From: Candidatus Muiribacterium halophilum
GTDB lineage: Bacteria; Muiribacteriota; Muiribacteriia; Muiribacteriales; Muiribacteriaceae
Assembly (NCBI GenBank): GCA_002869225.1
Contig: PKTG01000130.1
Location: 8,621 to 72,620, forward strand
Direction: 5' to 3'
Length of the DNA: 64,000 bases
Part shown: in pieces, positions 10,285 through 20,072 of the stretch
Position numbering within the stretch: position 1 is the first letter of the stretch
Layout: each line of letters opens with the position of its first letter
The notes under the pieces: generated by a model
What the model was told of the DNA's origin: nothing
The model's database searches: none
What the model saw: only the letters and a program-made list of their open reading frames with translations
Translations under genes and position numbers: made by a program

Positions 10285-10306
10285 ACCTAATTTTTTGTCA
10301 AATGAG

Positions 10307-10382
10307 TGGTGGACCCAACTGGAATCGAACCAGTGACCGCCCGGTTATGAGCCGGGAGCTCTACAAACTGAGCTATGGGTCC
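10307..10382 (-). tRNA. tRNA-Ile2(CAT), lysidine type (less likely Met)
   Basis: GGACCCATAGCTCAG...CCCGG-CTCATAA-CCGGG...GGTCCACCA; acceptor stem resembles known Ile2 rather than fMet or elongator Met. Confidence 0.88.
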
Positions 10383-10672
10383 TCTCATTTGGATTTTTAT
10401 TTTACTATGCAAGGCGTTATATATCAATGTTATAGATTCGTTTTTTTTTTAATATATTTCTTTTTTACTCCTTTTTACTATGTTTTACTTTGTATTCGAT
10501 ACCATTCTATATATTTAGATAAATTGTTATTCTTTTTAAAGAATTGAAAGTAAAACACAACTATCTGAATACGCACTAGGAGAATTTTATCTTTAGTGAG
10601 AATTATTTTTACAGTAGAAAATACCTCAGCAGATGATACCGCAGAAAGATTCTCAAAACTCTGATTATAAAT

Positions 10673-10708
10673 AAAAAAAAGTCTGATTATTAAAAATCAG
10701 ACTTTTTT
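10673..10708 (-). terminator. Intrinsic terminator after PorV-like gene
   Basis: AAAAAAGTCTGATT...AATCAGACTTTTTT inverted repeat. Confidence 0.8.
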
Positions 10709-10724
10709 ATTTAAAAGATATAAC

Positions 10725-12203
10725 TTATTTTAAACGTAAGGTCCTTATTTTTTCGGCTGCTAATCTTGCTGTCTCAGAACCAGGCGCTATTATAATCACT
10801 TTATTATAATGCTTTAATGCTTCATTAACATTATCCATAGCCAGATATAGATTACCAAGTGAAATATATGCGTTCACATTGTAAGGATCGATTTGCATAA
10901 CAAGCTGATATTCATATATAGCTTTTTCTTTTATTCCCATCTTTTCATAAAGTGCTCCAAGATTATAATGAGCTACAGCATATTCCGGGAATATCTCTAT
11001 TGCTTTTTTATATTCTGATATTGCACTTGTGAAGACTTCGTTTAATACAAATGTATTTCCTAATCGATAATGCATCTTAGCTTCTTCAGGGATTTCCAAA
11101 GATTTTTTAACCATTTGAATCTCTTTTTCTTTCTCTTCAGCCTGTTTAGTGTTATTACCATCTGAATATTTATCAAGAACCGCTTTTATAGGATCACTTG
11201 CCGGTATAGTATCGGATTTTCCACCATTTCTATCCTGCGGAACTACTCTTGCTTTTCTTACTATTTTTCCATCTCTATATCTTTCTATTTCTCTATCAGC
11301 AGCTGTGAAGAATTTTTTGAGATTCATTGTAGCTGATATTACATTATTATCCTCTACTTCTCCAGCCATATAGGCATAATCAAATTCCCAATTATCATAT
11401 GCAAGTACCAGTCCCATTGTAACCTCACCATCTTTAAAACCTGCTCTTAAATTACAAAGTGCTGATACTTTATATTCACCACCAAATGCATAATATGAGT
11501 CTGCATCCTGTTGACTTACAAGATCAATACCTACTTTAAAGTTCTTCCTTGTGGATGTATAACCTATACCAGCTTTTATAGTCAAAGGGATGTCCTCATC
11601 TCTTCCTGAATCCCATTCAAATGATGATAGGATATCCTGAAGATTAAGACCCACATCAAATTTTCTGTTTAATTTATATTTTCCACCTAGATCAAAAGAA
11701 TAACCAGATCCTTTAAAACCAGATAGATCATTACTAAGTAATTTAAATGTTCCCCCTAAACGTGCTCTTTCAGTCAATCTTCTTGCATAACCAAAAGAAA
11801 ACATAGTTTTAGATGTATCAGTGTATCCTATGATATTTTTACTGGCATCAGTAATAGGTATTCCATCAACACCTTCTTTTAAAAATGACATAGTTAAGTT
11901 AGATTTTTTCCAAGGCATAGAAAATGACATAAAATTCTCATCAATTCCAAGTCCAAATCTATTATCGTGAACAAAAAGGAGGGATTTATGTTCTACATCA
12001 GCAAGCCCCGCTGGGTTATACATAATACCAGATGCATCATCTGAAAAAGCCGTAAAAGCATCACCCATTCCGTTAGCTCTCACACTCATCTCATATTTTG
12101 TTATTGCATCAAGCATTACTCCACTATTTGCACTTAAAGTTAATATCAATAAGAACAATATGGAATTTACCCATCGTTTTCTAATAAAAACTTTTATCAT
12201 CAA
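10725..12203 (-). CDS. PorV/PorQ-family (FadL-like) outer-membrane barrel fused to C-terminal TPRs
   Basis: SVRANGMGDAFTAFSDDASGIMYNPAGL motif, amphipathic beta strands, C-terminal AHYNLG / AYISLG TPRs. Confidence 0.85.
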   Translation of the reverse strand: MMIKVFIRKRWVNSILFLLILTLSANSGVMLDAITKYEMSVRANGMGDAFTAFSDDASGIMYNPAGLADVEHKSLLFVHDNRFGLGIDENFMSFSMPWKKSNLTMSFLKEGVDGIPITDASKNIIGYTDTSKTMFSFGYARRLTERARLGGTFKLLSNDLSGFKGSGYSFDLGGKYKLNRKFDVGLNLQDILSSFEWDSGRDEDIPLTIKAGIGYTSTRKNFKVGIDLVSQQDADSYYAFGGEYKVSALCNLRAGFKDGEVTMGLVLAYDNWEFDYAYMAGEVEDNNVISATMNLKKFFTAADREIERYRDGKIVRKARVVPQDRNGGKSDTIPASDPIKAVLDKYSDGNNTKQAEEKEKEIQMVKKSLEIPEEAKMHYRLGNTFVLNEVFTSAISEYKKAIEIFPEYAVAHYNLGALYEKMGIKEKAIYEYQLVMQIDPYNVNAYISLGNLYLAMDNVNEALKHYNKVIIIAPGSETARLAAEKIRTLRLK

Positions 12204-12211
12204 TCTCCCCC

Positions 12212-14038
12212 TTAACGTGCGATGATTATCTTTCCTTCTTTTTCAGTTGTCTCATTTCCAAAATCCGCAATTATTTTATAAATATAAATTCCGTTAGAAA
12301 TACTGTTTCCATGCTTATCAAATAGATCCCATATAGCCTCTGAGGATGTTCCTGTTATATCTATTGGTCTTATAGTCGTAACCAATTTTCCCCTCATATC
12401 ATAGACCTTTATCTTTACGCTCTGAGCAGGTCTTGTAAAAGAATAATTGAACTTAAACACGCCACCTCTGAAAGGATTAGGATAACTAATCGCTTTTGTA
12501 ATACTTCCTGTTGAAGAACTATCCTGTGCTCCTGTTGAAAAATCCCATGTTGTTGGGACAACCTGATTTCCATTTGAATCTAGACATCCTGATACACTTA
12601 CTCTATATTCTGTATTTGAATTAAAATTACTACTTGGATTTAATATGACAACATTTGATGTAGTAGCAGTGATAGTAGCAGGTACAGATGCACCAGTGTT
12701 TTTAACATTAAGCTGTATATTAGTTGAGGTAAAAGTTGATGTATTCATACTAGTACTAAATTCTACTCTTACTCCAGCTCCGAGATCTACGTTAGTTGAA
12801 TCTGGAGAAGGATATTTTGATACAACTGTTGGTAATCCGCTAGTACTTCCACCCGAAGTTGATAATGATGAGAATGAGAAATATGCATGTCTTTCTGAAT
12901 TATTCTCACCTGCATATACATAATATGCTCTATCAGTTCCGTCTGCAAAATCAAAATATTTAGCTCCATAAGGAGAAAATTCAGTAGAAAGATTATAAAC
13001 ATTTGCATCCCACGTAGTTAATGAATATTTTTTATATTTTGGATAAAGCGTACCAGATACATCTTCTACCCAAAAGGCATAAAGTTCACTACCAACTTCT
13101 ATAAGCTGAGGATAATTAATATTTCCGTTTATAGGACCCTGAACAATAGAATAATTCCAAGTTGTTCCAGCATCTGAGGATTTAACATATGCAATTTTGT
13201 TCACACCAGAAGTTATATCCTGGAACAACACATTGATATCACTACCCGACGCTTTCATAAATGGTAATGAATTAAAGATTTTTCCAGTAATATCCTGCTG
13301 AGTATTTGTAATAGCTGCTGCATCAGATCCGGACATGGATTCGTTCCAGTAATAACAGTTTAATATCTGATTGTATTCTCTTTCAAAACAAACATTATAA
13401 TCACCATTAGTTGTAATATCTAATGAAAGTGAGGATATAAGACTGTCATATGCAGATGTAAATGAGTTTGTAATATTCTCAATACTTCCTGATGAAGACA
13501 AAAGATCTGTTAATGAAGTTATACCTGCATAGGTCCCGCTTGCAAAATAAACGTTTGAAAATATTGGATTCCCTGTTGTAGATGCAATAAAAACAACACC
13601 AATACCTGATGAGTCGGCTTTTATTTTTACTTCACTACAATCATATGTGCTTTTTTCAGCATCACCTGGAAAAAATACAACTGGAGCACTAAAAGACATA
13701 CCATTATTAGATGATACAGAGTAGTATATTCTTTTATTTGGATCATTGGCATCTTTCTTTCCAGTAAAGAAAACATATATATTATTTCCGTTTTTAACAA
13801 TATCAGGTTCTCCAACAGAACTGAATAATGCTATTCTATAAGGGGTACTCCAGGTTAGAAAGTCACTTGTTCCTTTAACAAAATAGACAGAAGACCCATC
13901 TTTATAAACAACATAGGCATCTCCTGACTCAACTAATAGATTCATATCAGCTGCCTGTTGTGCATTTGTCTCCATTCTAATATCTGAAAAAACAATGATA
14001 TTTAGTAATATCAAGAAAACAAGAAAAATTCTTTTCAT
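12212..14038 (-). CDS. Secreted BNR/Asp-box + Ig-like (Big_5) protein with T9SS-CTD/FlgD-Ig-like C-terminus
   Basis: Start MKRIF at 14038 with RBS GGGGAG; SxDxGxxW Asp-boxes; PTVVSKYP...VEFSTSM Big_5; C-terminal YPNPF...IKVYDMRGKLV...WD...GIYIYKI. Confidence 0.85.
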   Translation of the reverse strand: MKRIFLVFLILLNIIVFSDIRMETNAQQAADMNLLVESGDAYVVYKDGSSVYFVKGTSDFLTWSTPYRIALFSSVGEPDIVKNGNNIYVFFTGKKDANDPNKRIYYSVSSNNGMSFSAPVVFFPGDAEKSTYDCSEVKIKADSSGIGVVFIASTTGNPIFSNVYFASGTYAGITSLTDLLSSSGSIENITNSFTSAYDSLISSLSLDITTNGDYNVCFEREYNQILNCYYWNESMSGSDAAAITNTQQDITGKIFNSLPFMKASGSDINVLFQDITSGVNKIAYVKSSDAGTTWNYSIVQGPINGNINYPQLIEVGSELYAFWVEDVSGTLYPKYKKYSLTTWDANVYNLSTEFSPYGAKYFDFADGTDRAYYVYAGENNSERHAYFSFSSLSTSGGSTSGLPTVVSKYPSPDSTNVDLGAGVRVEFSTSMNTSTFTSTNIQLNVKNTGASVPATITATTSNVVILNPSSNFNSNTEYRVSVSGCLDSNGNQVVPTTWDFSTGAQDSSSTGSITKAISYPNPFRGGVFKFNYSFTRPAQSVKIKVYDMRGKLVTTIRPIDITGTSSEAIWDLFDKHGNSISNGIYIYKIIADFGNETTEKEGKIIIAR

Positions 14039-14067
14039 AACACTCTCCCCTATTTCTGTTAGTTTTT

Positions 14068-14095
14068 TTATCGGTAAAGGGAGTAAATACATTAA
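14068..14095 (-). promoter_or_regulatory. Putative sigma28-like promoter
   Basis: Minus strand TTAA-N16-ACCGATAA, ~30 bp upstream of ATG at 14038. Confidence 0.55.
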
Positions 14096-14140
14096 GGGTT
14101 TTTTCGCGTTTTCAGTGACCGGTAAATAAAACAGTGAATG

Positions 14141-14345
14141 GTGAGAAGTGAAAGGTGAATAGTTATCGTAAAGCGTAATGCGTGAAGCGAAACAGGTAAG
14201 AACAGGAAATAAAAAGGCAGTGAGAAGTGAAAGGTGAATAGTTATCGTAAAGCGTAATGCGTGAAGCGAAACAGGTAAGAACAGGAAATAAAAAGGCAGC
14301 GAGAAGTGAAAGGTGAATACTTATCGTAAAGCGTAATGCGTGAAG
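14141..14345. repeat. 79-bp tandem repeat, ~2.6 copies
   Basis: Units at 14141-14219, 14220-14298 and partial 14299-14345, near-identical; contain CGTAAAG/CGTAATG/CGTGAAG heptamers. Confidence 0.95.
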
Positions 14346-14440
14346 GGCAGAATTGAGTCGATACCGGTTATTTGGCTAAATCCAAAATCCAGCTTTATCC
14401 CAAGTCCCAATTATTAAGTCGAAAATTCGGCTTTGTTTTA

Positions 14441-15604
14441 TTACTTTAAAGATAATATCTCTGGTATATCTGAAAGTAATTCCATAGCAGCTTTTACATT
14501 CTTTTCACATATTCCATCAACAAGTTCATCACTAGGAATGAAAGATCTGCCTAGTTCAAATGTAAACGCAAACGTTCTATGTTGAGAATATAACCAATCA
14601 TCTGAATCACCAGCAGCTGGATATAGATCACCACTTTGCATAACGCTATAATTAACATACTTGTTCATCTTATCAGCTATCATCTTGAGCTGATCATGAT
14701 CTTTACATTTTTCTTTATCAGTGTATGACCATGGGAATAGTATATCTCCACCATAAGAATGATAAGATATACTTACAGCAAATTTCTTTTTAGCTGCTAT
14801 ATCTCTAACAGCCTGAGTTTCTTTTTCTGAGAATGCCTCTTCTCCTTTATATGTATCTGACCATGCTGAGCTGGAAGCTCCTGACTCTCCCCAATGGTAA
14901 CCATAGTTTCTGTTCGGATCTATACCATAGGTATTTCCAGTTATATGTCTTCTGTTTTTTCTCCAATAAGAATATTCTTTCATAGAATATTCTACTCCAT
15001 CCGGATTAACCATTGGTACAACCCATATTTCATTATTATCAACTATTTTCTTAACTTCAAGATCTTTGTCATAGTTTTCAATCAAATATTGTGCGATCGC
15101 GATTGGAACTTCTATCGATATCCATTCTCTGGAATGATGTGCACCCCAGAAAGCAGCTGTCGGTTCATCTTCATCAACACCTGGATTGTCAGAAATAACT
15201 AGAGCCCATATATCTCTATCTTCCCAACTCTTTCCAATAGAACGCATACAAACTATATCACTATGATCTTTTGATATCTCTTTCATAAATACAACCATTT
15301 CATCATAAGTATGATAAACACTGTCTTCAGAAATAGCTTTACCAATATATCTTGAGTATATTGAGTCCATATCTTTTAATAGAACAGTTGTTTGATAGGC
15401 ATTTTTGAGAATATTATAAAAATCTTTTCTAACTATTATATCAACTGAATTTCCATTTCTTACATCAACTATCTCAGAGCCACTCGAGGCTAGAATATTA
15501 ATATCAGATTTCGTAAGATCATCAATTCTAATAAACATAAGATCAGATGCAAATACAGAAAGTGAGATTATTGTAACCAATGTCAATATAAAGATCTTCT
15601 TCAT
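14441..15604 (-). CDS. Secreted zinc carboxypeptidase, M14 family (carboxypeptidase T-like)
   Basis: HHSREW, NPDG, WRKNRR, GIDPNRNY, SYHSY, FTFELG. Confidence 0.95.
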   Translation of the reverse strand: MKKIFILTLVTIISLSVFASDLMFIRIDDLTKSDINILASSGSEIVDVRNGNSVDIIVRKDFYNILKNAYQTTVLLKDMDSIYSRYIGKAISEDSVYHTYDEMVVFMKEISKDHSDIVCMRSIGKSWEDRDIWALVISDNPGVDEDEPTAAFWGAHHSREWISIEVPIAIAQYLIENYDKDLEVKKIVDNNEIWVVPMVNPDGVEYSMKEYSYWRKNRRHITGNTYGIDPNRNYGYHWGESGASSSAWSDTYKGEEAFSEKETQAVRDIAAKKKFAVSISYHSYGGDILFPWSYTDKEKCKDHDQLKMIADKMNKYVNYSVMQSGDLYPAAGDSDDWLYSQHRTFAFTFELGRSFIPSDELVDGICEKNVKAAMELLSDIPEILSLK

Positions 15605-15646
15605 ACCTTATACTCCCTTTTACCTACTTATTATTAACTTTTTTTA

Positions 15647-15675
15647 AGTATAATACTGTTTTTAAAATATTTCAA
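15647..15675 (-). promoter_or_regulatory. Putative sigma70 promoter for carboxypeptidase
   Basis: TTGAAA-N17-TATACT. Confidence 0.55.
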
Positions 15676-15802
15676 TAGATATTTTAAAACCACTTATTGA
15701 TTATGAAATAAACAATCAAGTTATTGTTCATAAAAAACAATAACTATTTTCATGTATGTTATAATAATATGTACATTCCATTAATAAGATCAGGAGGTAA
15801 AA

Positions 15803-16315
15803 ATGAAAAACATAGTTATCGTTTTTTCTAATAGATTATTTAGAGATGAAGAACTTAAAAAACCATATGAATACTTGAGCTCTAAAGGATACAATATCAA
15901 GTTAGCCTCCGATGCGATGCAGGAAGCATTAGGCAAATTGGGTATGACAATCAAACCTGATATGCTAGCACATAATATTGAAGAAAAAGATTTTGATGCG
16001 ATTCTATTTGTAGGTGGTCCTGGCACAAAAGTATTTTTTGAAGATAGAGTAATACATAAGATCATTAGAAATTTTAATGAAAAAGGTAAATTAATCGGTG
16101 CTATATGTATATCTCCAGTAATCCTCGCTTTTTCAGGAATTTTAAGTCAAAAAAAAGCCACTGTATGGATTGATGGTAAAGATACTCTTGAAAAGTTCGG
16201 AGCGACTTATACAGGGAACGTGGTTGAAATACACAATAATATAATAACCGCAAACGGACCTAAAGCTGCGCTTGATTATGCCAAAGAAGTTGACACCTAT
16301 CTTTCAGGTACTTAA
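15803..16315 (+). CDS. DJ-1/PfpI family protein
   Basis: FRDEE, FVGGPG, GAICISP, IITANGP. Confidence 0.93.
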   Translation: MKNIVIVFSNRLFRDEELKKPYEYLSSKGYNIKLASDAMQEALGKLGMTIKPDMLAHNIEEKDFDAILFVGGPGTKVFFEDRVIHKIIRNFNEKGKLIGAICISPVILAFSGILSQKKATVWIDGKDTLEKFGATYTGNVVEIHNNIITANGPKAALDYAKEVDTYLSGT

Positions 16316-17434
16316 ACCTCTGCCATCAACTTTTAATTTTTCTAAAATATTCGACTCATTGTCGACTAGATACATATTATCAAATAGATTTGCCACATAG
16401 CATGCATGATTTGGTATTATCTCTATAACATCTCCAACCTTCAATCTCTTATCGGATAGATTTTCTATTATCCCATGTTCTTCAGATAATCTCTTTATTT
16501 TCATGTCTTTTATTATTTTATTAGAACCAGGTCTATCAAGTATCAATCCATAGGAATCCATAGTATTCATACTATGAGCTCCAAGATCAAGTCCCAGACT
16601 TTTTGATCCTGCATCTATGATGATCCTACTACCATGTTTTGATATCACACGACTTATGATTCTAAGAGCACATTCTTGCGAACTACTATATCCTATGTTT
16701 ATTCCTATAGCATCGTTATACACGTAATTTCCAGGTCTTATATTTGTTATTCCTTCAGGAATAAATCCACTTTTCAAAGTAGGTGTCGATCCTAATGATA
16801 TCTCTAGATCTAATCCAGTTTCTTTTTTTACAATTTCTTTTATAGTCAACATAGTCTTGTGTTCCTGCATGGCGATTTCATATACTTCTTCAACATTTTT
16901 ACATGAATAAGAATGTCCTGCATGAGATAATATTCCTATTAAATTCATTACTTTTGTAGCACTTAACAGTTTTTTTATTATCTTTAGTGCAACTTCAGGT
17001 AAGACCCCTAATCTATTTAAACCAGTATCTATCTCCAGATAATAATCCACTTTGTCTATTGTACGGGATTTAAGATATTCATCTAAATTTTTTACTGATA
17101 CTACTGAATCGAAAACTGGTATCACCTTAGTATATTCCAAAAGGTTTATAAAACGTTGATAGTTTATTTTACCGACGACCGGATAAGCTAATATGATATT
17201 CTTAATTCCTTGTCTAGTTAACAACTCCGCTTCTGACAATGTCGCACATGTTATAGCCTTAGAACCATTCGCAATCTGGGCGTTAACCAGGTGTGAACTC
17301 TTGTGAGTCTTAAAATGTGGAGTATTTTGAGCTTGAATTTTTTTTGCAAAACGTTGCATATTCCATATATTATGTTGTATAATTTTGTCATAAGCTAATA
17401 AAAATGGAGTGTTGATATCATATATATTAATCAC
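16304..17434 (-). CDS. PLP-dependent alanine-racemase-fold enzyme (D-threonine aldolase/DSD1-like)
   Basis: PHFKTHK, EIDTGLNRLG, SHAGH, DAGSK, LSEEHG, IPNHAC. Confidence 0.92.
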   Translation of the reverse strand: MINIYDINTPFLLAYDKIIQHNIWNMQRFAKKIQAQNTPHFKTHKSSHLVNAQIANGSKAITCATLSEAELLTRQGIKNIILAYPVVGKINYQRFINLLEYTKVIPVFDSVVSVKNLDEYLKSRTIDKVDYYLEIDTGLNRLGVLPEVALKIIKKLLSATKVMNLIGILSHAGHSYSCKNVEEVYEIAMQEHKTMLTIKEIVKKETGLDLEISLGSTPTLKSGFIPEGITNIRPGNYVYNDAIGINIGYSSSQECALRIISRVISKHGSRIIIDAGSKSLGLDLGAHSMNTMDSYGLILDRPGSNKIIKDMKIKRLSEEHGIIENLSDKRLKVGDVIEIIPNHACYVANLFDNMYLVDNESNILEKLKVDGRGLST

Positions 17435-17486
17435 TACTATTATATAATATTAAAAGCAATAGGTAAATCGGAAAGGTTAATTTAAT

Positions 17487-17831
17487 ATGATAAAGATCAC
17501 AGAAGAAATTAAGAACGACATCATCATCGTAAAGATTCAAGGCGAGATAGAAAAAGAAGATGAACAGGAAATTGTTTCTTTCTTTGACAAAAAGACGGAT
17601 GAAGGTAATAGAAAGTTTATTATTGACTCCAGTAAGATAGACTATCTTGGCAGTTCTACACTTGGTGTATTCTCTAAGATCTATCAAAAAACCTGTAACT
17701 CTGGTGGAAAGATCATATTTGCTGACCTATCCATGTTTGTAAAAAAAATATTTAAGATAACAACTTTTGATAAATTTTTTAATATTAAATATAGCGTAGA
17801 AGATGCTATTTCTGAATTAAAGAACTTTTAA
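17487..17831 (+). CDS. STAS-domain anti-sigma factor antagonist
   Basis: IDYLGSSTLG phosphorylation-site motif; VEDAI C-terminus. Confidence 0.88.
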   Translation: MIKITEEIKNDIIIVKIQGEIEKEDEQEIVSFFDKKTDEGNRKFIIDSSKIDYLGSSTLGVFSKIYQKTCNSGGKIIFADLSMFVKKIFKITTFDKFFNIKYSVEDAISELKNF

Positions 17832-18541
17832 ATATCTCTATATTTTTCTGTTGATATCCTAAAAAAGGTAACAATAGATACTATGAAATTTATTAATGCA
17901 TCTTTAAAAGAAGTATTAGTTCTGTAATGTCTAAATCTTGATCTCTTAGAATTATCTATTTTATATCCTTTAAGCGAGCAAAGTACAGCAAGTTCCTGAG
18001 CACATGAATACCTTATTCCTTTGAAAATCGGTTCAATATTTTTCATCATTTCAGGTGACATTATCCTATATCCAGTCTCTACATCAAAAAAAGACTTCCC
18101 TGTAATTATACTAGTCCAAAGACTAAAGATCCTATTTCCAATCTTTTTATATAGAGGATAAACTCCCATTATTCTTCCTATTAAAAGAAAATCAACTTCC
18201 ATAGTCTGATAATAAGTTATATATTTTTCAAGCTTTGTAAGATCATGCTGGTAATCTCCATCGATTGTGATTAGAGGACCTTTATAGTCTATTTTATTTA
18301 TATATCTAAATCCAATTTTTAAAGCTCCTCCCAAACAGGTATTCTTTTTTAAAGAAAGTATTTTAAAATTTTTCTTTTTCAGCTTTCTCAAAAAATCAAG
18401 ACTACCATCGACCGAAGCATCATCAACAAATACAGCAAGATCTGAATCGTCCATATAAACATATAAATCTTTTGTTAATTCAGGCAAATGCTCTATTTCA
18501 TTATAAACCGGAATCAGAAAAATTCTTCTATAATCATTCAT
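17828..18541 (-). CDS. Glycosyltransferase family 2 (polyprenol-phosphate glycosyltransferase-like)
   Basis: IPVYNE, VDDASVDGS, IDGDYQH, DVETGYR. Confidence 0.9.
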   Translation of the reverse strand: MNDYRRIFLIPVYNEIEHLPELTKDLYVYMDDSDLAVFVDDASVDGSLDFLRKLKKKNFKILSLKKNTCLGGALKIGFRYINKIDYKGPLITIDGDYQHDLTKLEKYITYYQTMEVDFLLIGRIMGVYPLYKKIGNRIFSLWTSIITGKSFFDVETGYRIMSPEMMKNIEPIFKGIRYSCAQELAVLCSLKGYKIDNSKRSRFRHYRTNTSFKDALINFIVSIVTFFRISTEKYRDI

Positions 18542-18545
18542 ATAT

Positions 18546-19931
18546 TTACCTTTTTATATAATAAAGAGAATATTTTCTTCCCTCAAATACTCTTTTTATA
18601 TTATATTTAAAAAAATTTTCAAACCCGTTTTTATTTATATAGTATTTAAAATTATTATTTGTAAATAAATAAGCTTTATTTTCGTCAATAGTATCATCAA
18701 GTATATAAAACTTTCTTTTATAAGCAATCTTTAAAAGATTTGCCTCATCATATTTACCTTTATACTCAGGACTATAAGAATAGAGTTTTGCAGGATTTTT
18801 TGAAATAATATCATTTATCTTTGAGATCTCATCAGGAAATTGAGAATATATTATAAAAAAACCGTGTATATATAAAAATATCAAAATCGTTAAAACACAA
18901 TATTTAAACTTGTTTTCTTTTATAATTAGTATTAACAAATATACTAAAGGGAATATTAGATTAGTTAACCTATTTGCCTCAAAAAAAATAATATTATTTG
19001 ATTTAAGATAATATAAAGACAAGATATAGAAAGAAAATATGAAACCCAACATAGTGATCGCAACTGCATTTCTTTTCAAACCATAGTAAATAAATACAAA
19101 AAGTACAAATATTCCTGAAAAAATATCAATATTTATTTGACTGGTATCCGTTCCGTATATCTGAGGCCTTGAAAGTATTTTCCCAATTGTGGCAAAAAAA
19201 TATTTTATAGAATATGCGTTTGTTATTTTTGAAAAACTTGAAGATATATATTCACTTTCTCCTCTTACAAAAACATTTTTTTGAAATATATTGTTAAGAT
19301 TCAGGAAAATTGAAAAAGAGATAATAAGCAAAAATATAATAATAATTTTTTTATGTTTTCTGTCTCTTCTAATCAAAAAATAAAATGTAATAAAAAACAA
19401 AGAAAAGTAATGTGTGAAAACAGCCATTATCAAACTTAATACCTGTTTTATTTTTTTCTTTTTTTTATTTATAAGGTTGTCATACAGAGCATATATAAGA
19501 AAAAAACTCATAAAAATATATTTAGAAGAGATAGCTACCTCATACAATAAAAAAGGATTTAAAAGCAAAAGAATATCAAAAAATAAGAAAAGGATCTTAT
19601 TATTAAATTTTTCCAGAATAATCTGTCTTAATAAGATAAACGTGCATAAAAACAAAAAAACCGATAATAGTCTGAAAAATATTAGCCCACCTGTTATTTT
19701 AAAAGCTATAGCTCTTAAAAGAAAATAAACCGGTGAATGATCACCATGTTTCATTACAAGAATAAGCGGAGTAATATCACCGTGAAATACTTTTTCCATA
19801 TCAAACCTATAATAAGATGATATCTCATCGGAAATAAAATCCCCCTTAAAAACTAAGACCATCAGGATTATAATTGATAAAGATAAAACAATCTTATTGA
19901 TTAGCTCTAATCTTTTTATAAAGTTATACAT
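18546..19931 (-). CDS. Polytopic membrane protein, GT-C (ArnT/PMT-like) glycosyltransferase
   Basis: SDE...DHSPVYF, FTHY motifs, many TM helices, adjacent to GT2. Confidence 0.7.
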   Translation of the reverse strand: MYNFIKRLELINKIVLSLSIIILMVLVFKGDFISDEISSYYRFDMEKVFHGDITPLILVMKHGDHSPVYFLLRAIAFKITGGLIFFRLLSVFLFLCTFILLRQIILEKFNNKILFLFFDILLLLNPFLLYEVAISSKYIFMSFFLIYALYDNLINKKKKKIKQVLSLIMAVFTHYFSLFFITFYFLIRRDRKHKKIIIIFLLIISFSIFLNLNNIFQKNVFVRGESEYISSSFSKITNAYSIKYFFATIGKILSRPQIYGTDTSQINIDIFSGIFVLFVFIYYGLKRNAVAITMLGFIFSFYILSLYYLKSNNIIFFEANRLTNLIFPLVYLLILIIKENKFKYCVLTILIFLYIHGFFIIYSQFPDEISKINDIISKNPAKLYSYSPEYKGKYDEANLLKIAYKRKFYILDDTIDENKAYLFTNNNFKYYINKNGFENFFKYNIKRVFEGRKYSLYYIKR

Positions 19932-20036
19932 ATTGTCATTATCTCAATAACTATAAATCATAGTCAAATAATTTTACGTTTAGACGTTGGGACGTAACGT
20001 ACTTCTTCAACGTCCTAACGTTATTACCGGATGCCT

Positions 20037-20064
20037 TAAAGTCCCGAAAGACTATTACCGATAT
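20037..20064 (+). promoter_or_regulatory. Putative sigma28 (SigD/FliA-like) promoter
   Basis: TAAA-N16-ACCGATAT upstream of amidase; close to SigD consensus TAAA-N16-GCCGATAT. Confidence 0.65.
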
Positions 20065-20072
20065 GTCTTTGT

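Noticed and set aside
10302-10547. 81-aa plus-strand ORF
   Set aside because: Antisense to tRNA-Ile2 and low-complexity.
14141-14345. Possible CRISPR array
   Set aside because: Units are contiguous identical 79-mers with no unique spacers; no cas genes in the window.
17427-17687. 86-aa minus-strand ORF
   Set aside because: Antisense to the well-supported STAS gene.
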